A stretch of 64,000 nucleotides of DNA from an uncultured Leptospiraceae bacterium (GTDB lineage Bacteria > Spirochaetota > UBA4802 > UB4802): positions 9,141 through 73,140 of the forward strand of contig CAYFSO010000004.1 in the NCBI GenBank assembly GCA_964345775.1, written 5' to 3'. The notes under the pieces were generated by a model. The model made no database searches. It was not told the origin of the DNA and worked only from the letters and a program-made list of their open reading frames with translations. Numbering within the stretch: position 1 is the first letter of the stretch; each line of letters starts with the position of its first letter. This document shows, piece by piece, positions 27,662 through 34,812 of the stretch. A program made the translations under genes and the position numbers.

Positions 27662-29557
27662 CTAAACAGATCTCCGTTCTTTGAATATGCCCGAAAGCTC
27701 TCGTATAAGGACATCAAGTTTGAATGGTTTCGGAAGGTACAGGTCAACAACATTCTTATAAGCCTTGAGGTCTGTCAGCATCCATCCCGTCAATAACACG
27801 GTTACTGTTTTTTCGCCCTGTTCTTTTACCCTGGCAAGCAATTCCAGCCCTGTCATTCCCGTCAATCCATAATCAGATATGATCAGGTCAAACTGCTGCC
27901 GCTTCATTTCACCCAGGGCCTCCTCCGCCGTTTTCGCCATAAAGACCCTGTTGCCCATGGAGTCAAACAGCTCGTACAGGATCTCCTGCAGGGCAGATTC
28001 ATCTTCAACAACCAGTATATCCAGGTCCCTGATCTTGAACCCGATATCTTCACGCTTACTTGTCTCGTCAGGCACCAGCATATCAGGGGGGAACATTATT
28101 TTCATGGAATAGGTGGAAGAGGATTCTTCTTCCATGATCTTCAGGTGTATTTCCTCGGCAAGTTTTCTTACATCAACTGCGGATATAAAGAGAGTTGAAA
28201 GCTTATCCATCGCTGATCTCTCTACGCCTTCTTCTTTTTCTACCGATACGCTTATAGTGACTCCAGAATTTTTCTTCAATTCCACTTTAACGGTACCGGT
28301 CTTGTTAATATACGATGACACCCTGAACAACACAGAGAGAAGAACCTCTCGCACGAGGCGGACATCACATTCTACATATACCAGTGAAAAATAAAGACGC
28401 TCAATAACTATTTTTCTTCGTTTTTCTTTTTCTTCCACCTTGAACTGTATTTTCGCAAATTCCAGTGCGTCCTCAACAAGTTCTACGAGATTTATAGTTT
28501 CCTTTTCCTCCAGCCTGTCACCCTCGCCGATGAAGTCTTCTATACGCCTCACCTGCTGCATACCATCCTGGGCGGCATGTTCGATCATGCGCAGCCCATC
28601 CAGTACAGACTCTTTTTCAGTCATTTGCAGAAGCAACTGGGTTCGGTTCATTACAATATTGATCACGTTATTGAAAAAATGGAGGAACCCCCTTGTAAGG
28701 TCACCAACGATCTGTATTCGATTAGAACTGCTCATTGAATTCTCAAGTTGTTTCACCCTGGTCAGGTCCTCCACGATGATCTCAACTGCAAGGACTTCTT
28801 TCTGGGAAACTATTGGATAGCAAATCAGGTTCGCCCATTTCTCGGTCACCTCTTCCTTCCCCCTGGGAAGTATCTTCACCTCCCCTATACGCTTGAACGA
28901 CGCGGCACCACTGAAAAGATCGAACATGGTTTTACGCATTCGCTCAAAATCATATCGTGACAGGGTTTTAAAAAGAAGATTGCGGTTTTTCATAAGATCA
29001 TTTGCGGTATGGCCAAGAAATCCCTGAAGAGAAGAACTGGCCTTTATGATCTCTCCTTTCTGATTGATCCGGACTAAAGGGAATGGAGAAAACTCAAAAA
29101 CGCTGGATTCATAGTCCACCTCTTCATCATTTATCATAACGGTGGTGGACTTATTAAAGGAAAATATTCTGTCCTCAACGATCTTTAACAGTACCAGTAT
29201 GGCCTGCACCCCATCTTCATTTTTCAACGGGAACAGGTACAGCTCAACAGGTATGCGTTCATCCTCAACGGACTTCATAACCGCAAAACACTGGCGGGCC
29301 TGCCCTTTAATCGCCCTGAGATATGCGAGGGCCAGCCTTTTCCTGTATTCCGGGTAAAATGGATGGGTCCAGTCAAGATGGGCTGATTGGCGATCGCTGT
29401 TAAATATATTCTCAAATTCAGTGTTCTGGTTTAGCAGTTCGCCAGATACACTAATAATACACACTGGATAGATAAAGGATTCAAGGAGATCGACTACCTG
29501 TTCAAGCTTGAACCCTTTATCATCCCCTGAAGAGAATTGTTTTTCTATATCCTGCAT
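27662..29557 (-). CDS. Hybrid PAS / His-kinase-like / receiver protein with a degenerate ATP-binding domain
   Basis: 631 aa. Two PAS-like regions. DHp H-box GDLTRGFLHFFNNVINIV (His293). The ~95-aa CA-like segment has no recognisable N, G1 or G2 boxes. C-terminal REC domain (LDILVVEDE ... DLIISDYGLTGMTG ... LPKPF). Confidence 0.7.
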   Translation of the reverse strand: MQDIEKQFSSGDDKGFKLEQVVDLLESFIYPVCIISVSGELLNQNTEFENIFNSDRQSAHLDWTHPFYPEYRKRLALAYLRAIKGQARQCFAVMKSVEDERIPVELYLFPLKNEDGVQAILVLLKIVEDRIFSFNKSTTVMINDEEVDYESSVFEFSPFPLVRINQKGEIIKASSSLQGFLGHTANDLMKNRNLLFKTLSRYDFERMRKTMFDLFSGAASFKRIGEVKILPRGKEEVTEKWANLICYPIVSQKEVLAVEIIVEDLTRVKQLENSMSSSNRIQIVGDLTRGFLHFFNNVINIVMNRTQLLLQMTEKESVLDGLRMIEHAAQDGMQQVRRIEDFIGEGDRLEEKETINLVELVEDALEFAKIQFKVEEKEKRRKIVIERLYFSLVYVECDVRLVREVLLSVLFRVSSYINKTGTVKVELKKNSGVTISVSVEKEEGVERSAMDKLSTLFISAVDVRKLAEEIHLKIMEEESSSTYSMKIMFPPDMLVPDETSKREDIGFKIRDLDILVVEDESALQEILYELFDSMGNRVFMAKTAEEALGEMKRQQFDLIISDYGLTGMTGLELLARVKEQGEKTVTVLLTGWMLTDLKAYKNVVDLYLPKPFKLDVLIRELSGIFKERRSV

Positions 29558-29594
29558 TGGAATATATCATGACCGGGTAAAGTTAATTAAAGAA

Positions 29595-31004
29595 TCAATA
29601 CAGCGTTCTGTAATTCATAAAGGTTTTTTCACCTTTTTTTACTGTAATCTTCTTTTTGACAGTACGATCAACTTTACCATTATAGTCAATAAGTTTTATC
29701 GTTATATCATATTCTCCCTCGGGCAAAAACACCCTTCCCAGCTGCAGGTTGGCAGGCAGGGTGTGCCAGCACCTGAGATCCGGCTTTATCTGCGAGATAA
29801 GCCCTGCCCCGGTTCCAATGCCTACCGCGGTACCTATTAAGCCCGCAAACCCGCCAAGCTGCTTGGACTGCTCAGCAAGTTTTTTTGCCGCGTATCCAGC
29901 TGCAATTGCAGTGGCTGCCTTTACCGCAATACCCGCCGCCACCTTGCCATACATGCGTTTGTAATCATCTTTTAAATTTTGAACCGCGGTACCCGCAATA
30001 TTTTCCATCATGTATGTACGGTCAACATCCCTGCCATTCACATTGACAACCAGGTGTTTGATCTTGTTAGACCTTTTTTTGAATTTTGGGATAGGATTCT
30101 CGGCATTTTTGAGCGCCACCAGCACCCCCGCAACGGTTACCCCCTCTTTTAGCGACATCCCGTTGAGAGTAACCCGGATATTTGCCTTCATTTTTGGATC
30201 GGAAAGGAGACTGCCCCGTGAAACCTTAACAGCACTGCGACCTGCCTGGAAGATAACGATAATTTCACCCGCGTTACCGGGTATCCTGTCACGCCTCCCG
30301 AAGCGCGCCACCCATTTATAGTAATCCTCACTATCGTCAAGTTTTTTTGCCAGCCGCTGAAGATCCCTGTACACCATGGCAAGCCTTGGCTCAAGCTGGT
30401 ATATCTGCTTGTACTCGATATAGGCAAATTCCCTGTCGTTAAAGTCATCTTCCTTGTCAGCGATAAGTTCGAATGCAATGGCTGTCAGGTACTTTGCCAT
30501 GACATTCTGCTTGTAATTCCTTGCCGTACTCACGTTTATATCACGTAAAAGCTCATTTACTTTCTTGAACTCTACCCTTGCTTCCTCGGGTTCATCCAGC
30601 ATCAGAAAATTGATCCCAAGGTACATGTGAATGAGCACCCTCTCGAAATCCTCACCCTTGTAATTGGTAGCACGCTCATTCAAGATAAGGGACGCGGTCT
30701 GCTTGCTGATACTTGTGGTTATTTTGTCAGCCTTATCTGCCGCTTTCAGAAGTACCTTGTTGCTTGTTTTGTAATCCCCTGCCGCGTGCAGCATCAGGCC
30801 ACATTCCATCATGTACAGCAGCTGGTCTTTACTGCTGGAATTTACCGCCGGTAGTAATGTGCGTGCTGCCTCCTTGTACTTGCCATAATAGAACATCTCC
30901 TCTGACTTGCGCATCTTCTTATTGTAATCAGAACTTGCGCAACCAACAGCAAAGATGATCACCAGGAAGGCAAGGAGAGGGGTAATTGCTTTTCTGGTAT
31001 GCAT
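29595..31004 (-). CDS. Lipoprotein with TPR-like N-terminal region (COG3014-like, function unknown)
   Basis: 469 aa. Lipobox IFAVGCASS. Helical repeat region (YYGKYKEAARTLL..., YKGEDFERVLIHMYLGINFLMLDEPEEARVEFKK). C-terminal Gly/Ala-rich hydrophobic segment. 25 nt downstream of the LpoB-like gene. Confidence 0.55.
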   Translation of the reverse strand: MHTRKAITPLLAFLVIIFAVGCASSDYNKKMRKSEEMFYYGKYKEAARTLLPAVNSSSKDQLLYMMECGLMLHAAGDYKTSNKVLLKAADKADKITTSISKQTASLILNERATNYKGEDFERVLIHMYLGINFLMLDEPEEARVEFKKVNELLRDINVSTARNYKQNVMAKYLTAIAFELIADKEDDFNDREFAYIEYKQIYQLEPRLAMVYRDLQRLAKKLDDSEDYYKWVARFGRRDRIPGNAGEIIVIFQAGRSAVKVSRGSLLSDPKMKANIRVTLNGMSLKEGVTVAGVLVALKNAENPIPKFKKRSNKIKHLVVNVNGRDVDRTYMMENIAGTAVQNLKDDYKRMYGKVAAGIAVKAATAIAAGYAAKKLAEQSKQLGGFAGLIGTAVGIGTGAGLISQIKPDLRCWHTLPANLQLGRVFLPEGEYDITIKLIDYNGKVDRTVKKKITVKKGEKTFMNYRTLY

Positions 31005-31029
31005 ACTAAAGCCCCCGGTTTCCCTTATA

Positions 31030-31602
31030 TTAGAAAGAAATCTTCGTCTTGCTGGTTGATTTCAGGAACTGCTGCTGTTCCTGCCACTCCGTGATACCGG
31101 TTTTAAGGCTTACCAGTTTCATTGTTACTACAAGGTATTGCACTCTCTTGTTGCCAACAGTTCTCACGTTGTCACGGATATCCCCGGTGAGGTAAAAATT
31201 GGGGGATTTCAGCATCCCCACGGGGATAGCGCTATCAGGATCAACCAGGCCGGTCATTCCCTTTTCCATTTCTTCTATTGCATCTTTTGTAAGAGTCTGG
31301 TCTACGAACCTTATCCTTTTCTTGATAAGGTTGGTGGCGATCTCATCGGTGATCATCTTGGTATCAATATGCTCTGATGTCTTGTTCCTGAATTTTTTCA
31401 CCTGGATAAATGCCGGCTTGTTCCAGTCATTCTTAAGGAATTTGTACATGGAATCTACCATTCTGCTCACTGTCGTCTTCACTTCTTTTGGGCCCCATTC
31501 ACGGGAACCTTTTGCTTCACTGGCATCCTTGTACTGCACTCCCCCGCAACCTAACGCAACACCAAGGAACAAGGTAATTGCCACGGCACTAAGTCTTTTC
31601 AT
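31030..31602 (-). CDS. LpoB-like (COG3417-type) periplasmic lipoprotein, putative PBP activator family
   Basis: 190 aa. Lipobox LGVALGCGG. The pattern VSRMVDSM...PAFIQVKKFRNKTSEHIDTKMITDEIATNLIK...FYLTGDI...YLVVTMKLVSLKTGITEW parallels the E. coli LpoB C-terminal domain layout. Confidence 0.55.
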   Translation of the reverse strand: MKRLSAVAITLFLGVALGCGGVQYKDASEAKGSREWGPKEVKTTVSRMVDSMYKFLKNDWNKPAFIQVKKFRNKTSEHIDTKMITDEIATNLIKKRIRFVDQTLTKDAIEEMEKGMTGLVDPDSAIPVGMLKSPNFYLTGDIRDNVRTVGNKRVQYLVVTMKLVSLKTGITEWQEQQQFLKSTSKTKISF

Positions 31603-31668
31603 TGGTCTACCTCCTGAAAGAGATACATGTAGTATTATGATCCTATGGACGGAACTTCCATCTCGATA

Positions 31669-31696
31669 ATACTAATGTCTTATAGGACAATGTCAA
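31669..31696 (-). promoter_or_regulatory. Candidate sigma70-type promoter for the LpoB-like operon
   Basis: The minus strand reads TTGACA-N16-TAGTAT about 65 nt upstream of the ATG at 31602. Confidence 0.35.
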
Positions 31697-31713
31697 TGAA
31701 GAAAAAAGGGGGG

Positions 31714-32379
31714 TCAGAAAAAAACCGTTACATCCTTCCCGGACGCGTATTCATCAATTGCCTTTATAAGTCCATGCATGTATTCCTTCATAATACCAGA
31801 GAACAGCAATGGATGAAAATCTATTCGTGTGACATTACGACTAATAATGGCAGAACCGTCAAACCCTATTATGTCAAACTCCAGATCACTTTTCATTAGC
31901 ATTTTCAGCCTGTCAAGGGGTACCGCGAAAATACCCGTCACCTCTCCGTCATAAAACGTGTATCCATCAAGCGAACGCCTGTCTTCGTACAAAAACACAT
32001 GCTGAAACTCGCGGTGGAAAATATCACCGTCTTTTTCCTCATAACGAAAAAAACCAAGATCTACCATGTCCCCATCATCGGGGGATATACCTATCTCTTC
32101 GTACGCCTCTTTCTGAATTTTGTCCTCTTCGATACCAAAGGGGACATGCCCGCCAACGGTTATATCCAGGCAATCCGGGTACATGTCCTTCCACTCTGCC
32201 CTTTGCTGAAACAGCACCAGCGGTATTTCATCTTTGCAGTCGATCACCCAGAGGTGGACACCCTCATGCGCAACACCATTCCTGTGTGCGTATGATCTCT
32301 CTACCGGCGTACCAAGGGGCTTTCCCTCTTCCCAGCTCCATTTTTCAAGTAATTCTTCCATGACCTTTCCATTGTTCAT
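31714..32379 (-). CDS. NUDIX-family hydrolase
   Basis: 221 aa. Nudix-box-like GGHVPFGIEEDKIQKEAYEEIGI and overall similarity to IDI/YfcD-type Nudix proteins. Confidence 0.65.
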   Translation of the reverse strand: MNNGKVMEELLEKWSWEEGKPLGTPVERSYAHRNGVAHEGVHLWVIDCKDEIPLVLFQQRAEWKDMYPDCLDITVGGHVPFGIEEDKIQKEAYEEIGISPDDGDMVDLGFFRYEEKDGDIFHREFQHVFLYEDRRSLDGYTFYDGEVTGIFAVPLDRLKMLMKSDLEFDIIGFDGSAIISRNVTRIDFHPLLFSGIMKEYMHGLIKAIDEYASGKDVTVFF

Positions 32380-32563
32380 CTCTTACCTCTAACCGATGGC
32401 CCGGTTATGTCAATCAATCTATTTAATTCATGCACGACAAGTCACGTATTTCGCTCAAGTTACTTGAAAAATATACAGATATGTATAGTAGAGGGGCGCA
32501 TGTATGGTTGCATGAATGACGTGTGCATGCGATAAAATAGTGTAAATACTCGGTATCCCGTAT

Positions 32564-33487
32564 ATGAAAAAAAATGTTCAGAAAACCGGTTTTCCTTTTG
32601 GCATAACCATTTTTATTCTCGTAATAAGCCTGCTGGTATCTGCCGGTATATCATCTGCGTATTTCTATTTTACCAGCCGCAAGGGAATTGAAGATATCAC
32701 CATGGACACTGAAAAGTACTCAAGAACCCTCGCCGAGGCCTTTGCAGAAGTAGCGGAACTTGCATACAGGTCCCGCCAGTATAAGCGGCTGTACAGCCTT
32801 TTCCAGGAAAAGATCCAGGCAAATATTATCGATGAAGCTTTTTTCGTAAAGGATGACGGGAATATCATTGTACATTCCAGCAGGGAACGAAGTGAAGAAC
32901 TGAAGGGTAATATACTGACAGAAGAATTCTATTACAATATTGACCTTATACTGTATCCCATCAGGAAAAAATCCAGGGATGTGTTTTTCAGGGATTACCA
33001 GTTTGCGGGAAAACCTGTGCCATATAAAAGAGATATCAGGAAACTCCTGAAAGAGTATATATATCCCCGAATAGACGTCAGGGGATGGCTTGTTAACAGG
33101 GCGGTATATGCCAGGGGGAAATCGGTTGGCACCGTCAATTTTCTTATCAGCAAGGACGGGATATATTCACTTATTGAGACCACTTACAGGGAAGCTGTTT
33201 ACATCCTGGTTGGGATGTCTGTAGCATCTCTGCTCTTCTCAATAATCACGGGATTATTCATACATGCCCGGTACCGTCAAATTGCACGCCGCTTTATGCG
33301 CGCAACACCTGTACAGGCAGATGACACCGAACCAGAACTTGACGTCTTCATCATGCCTGAAGATCCAGCCGTTGAAGATATGGCGGAGAGGCCATCAACG
33401 GTACCTGTTGTTTACGAGGAAAGAACAGAAAAACCAGAATCACATGGCATAAAAGACGCCATCCCGGTTGCAACGGTTAAGAGGTGA
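32564..33487 (+). CDS. Two-TM membrane protein with Cache-like extracytoplasmic domain and no output domain
   Basis: 307 aa. TM1 FGITIFILVISLLVSAGISSAYF and TM2 VYILVGMSVASLLFSIITGLFI, bracketing ~170 aa that include AFFVKDDGNIIVHSS. Acidic cytoplasmic tail. The stop overlaps the start of the STAS gene (GTGA). Confidence 0.55.
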   Translation: MKKNVQKTGFPFGITIFILVISLLVSAGISSAYFYFTSRKGIEDITMDTEKYSRTLAEAFAEVAELAYRSRQYKRLYSLFQEKIQANIIDEAFFVKDDGNIIVHSSRERSEELKGNILTEEFYYNIDLILYPIRKKSRDVFFRDYQFAGKPVPYKRDIRKLLKEYIYPRIDVRGWLVNRAVYARGKSVGTVNFLISKDGIYSLIETTYREAVYILVGMSVASLLFSIITGLFIHARYRQIARRFMRATPVQADDTEPELDVFIMPEDPAVEDMAERPSTVPVVYEERTEKPESHGIKDAIPVATVKR

Positions 33488-34107
33488 TCATGCTGTATAT
33501 TTCACACACACAGGCAGATGATAATATCGCTATAGTATTCGCGAAGGGCCCCCTTCACAACGCTACAAGCAATGAATTTGAATCATACATTTCAGATATG
33601 GTTGATTCAGGTACACGATCCGTTATATTCGATGCCGCTTCCGTGGACTATATCAGCTCAACCGGGATTGGTGCGCTGCTGTATGTGAACAGGAAACTTA
33701 TCTCTTCCAACGGTACATTCATTCTTTGCAATGTCCCCGAAAACATACACAACGTGTTACGTATTATAAGGCTTGACAACGTATTGCATATAACCGATTC
33801 GCAGGAGGATGCCATTGAAACTGCGCAGCATGAAGCTCCCGCTGTCGAAATGACACCAGCTTTAGAGGAAGAAGAAATGGTATTCGCGGAAACCCCCGAA
33901 AGCGAAGAGGTCATAGAAGAACTCCTGGCCGTGGCAGATGAAGACCTTCCGCCAGTACCCGACGAAAATGCACAATTTTCACATCCCATCATTGTAGAAT
34001 GCGCTGAATGCACATCACTGGTGCGCGTAACTTATCCTGGAACCTTTCTGTGCCCCGATTGCAATACACGGTTTGTTGTTGAAGAGGACAGAACCATTAT
34101 TTTTTAA
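33484..34107 (+). CDS. STAS-domain (anti-sigma-factor-antagonist-like) protein fused to an acidic linker and a C-terminal zinc ribbon
   Basis: 207 aa. STAS core with the conserved Ser context (VDYISSTGIGALLYV). An E/D-rich linker. C-terminal CxxC...CxxC (ECAECTSLVRVTYPGTFLCPDCNTRF). Start is GTG 33484 or ATG 33490. Confidence 0.7.
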   Translation: MIMLYISHTQADDNIAIVFAKGPLHNATSNEFESYISDMVDSGTRSVIFDAASVDYISSTGIGALLYVNRKLISSNGTFILCNVPENIHNVLRIIRLDNVLHITDSQEDAIETAQHEAPAVEMTPALEEEEMVFAETPESEEVIEELLAVADEDLPPVPDENAQFSHPIIVECAECTSLVRVTYPGTFLCPDCNTRFVVEEDRTIIF

Positions 34108-34207
34108 AATTCTTTTTTTCCTGCGCTCGCTGAAAGATAATTGACTAATAACCTCCTGTCTGTAAGACTTAAATAAATATGGATAAATACAACATACGGA
34201 GACCCCT

Positions 34208-34810
34208 ATGAAAGTTGTTCATGTCCTGAAGCGGATCGAAACAATTGACCAGGATATCAAGGAGCTGCGGAAAATTGAAAAATCTCTTCAGAAGAATAAG
34301 ACATTTACGCAGCCTATTTACATATCCATCGAGAAACAGATCAATATCCTCCTGGGTGAACGGGTAAAACTTTTTGAACTGAAAATTGCCAACCCACCAG
34401 AGAACATGGTGGCCGAAATCGAGGAGGAAACTTCTCCTGAGACAGAGCAGCTGGTTGCGAAACCCCAGAAGAAAACAAAAAAAACAACCGGTAAATCGAC
34501 TGTATCAAAAGGAAAGGCCTCAACCCAGAAGAAAAAAGAAGAGCAGGTTGACATATCTGATGATGAGTTCTCAATGCTGACCCAGGATCAGATCGATAAA
34601 AAGATATCATCCCTGCAAAAAGAGGATACTCACCCAAAATCATCAGCCGGAACAGGGGCCGGGGAAGAAGACGAACAGGACAAGGACAGTGATAACGTAA
34701 AACTGCTTGATATTGCTCTTGAAAAAGGAACATTGAGCAAAGATGAAGTGGATCGGGAGAAAAAGAAAGTTCGCTTCTTTAAGGACAATTTTCCCGGCGG
34801 TGAATACTGA
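34208..34810 (+). CDS. Hypothetical highly charged (Lys/Glu-rich, likely coiled-coil/disordered) protein
   Basis: 200 aa. GGAG SD upstream. No family recognised. The protein is low-complexity. Confidence 0.5.
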   Translation: MKVVHVLKRIETIDQDIKELRKIEKSLQKNKTFTQPIYISIEKQINILLGERVKLFELKIANPPENMVAEIEEETSPETEQLVAKPQKKTKKTTGKSTVSKGKASTQKKKEEQVDISDDEFSMLTQDQIDKKISSLQKEDTHPKSSAGTGAGEEDEQDKDSDNVKLLDIALEKGTLSKDEVDREKKKVRFFKDNFPGGEY

Positions 34811-34812
34811 AA

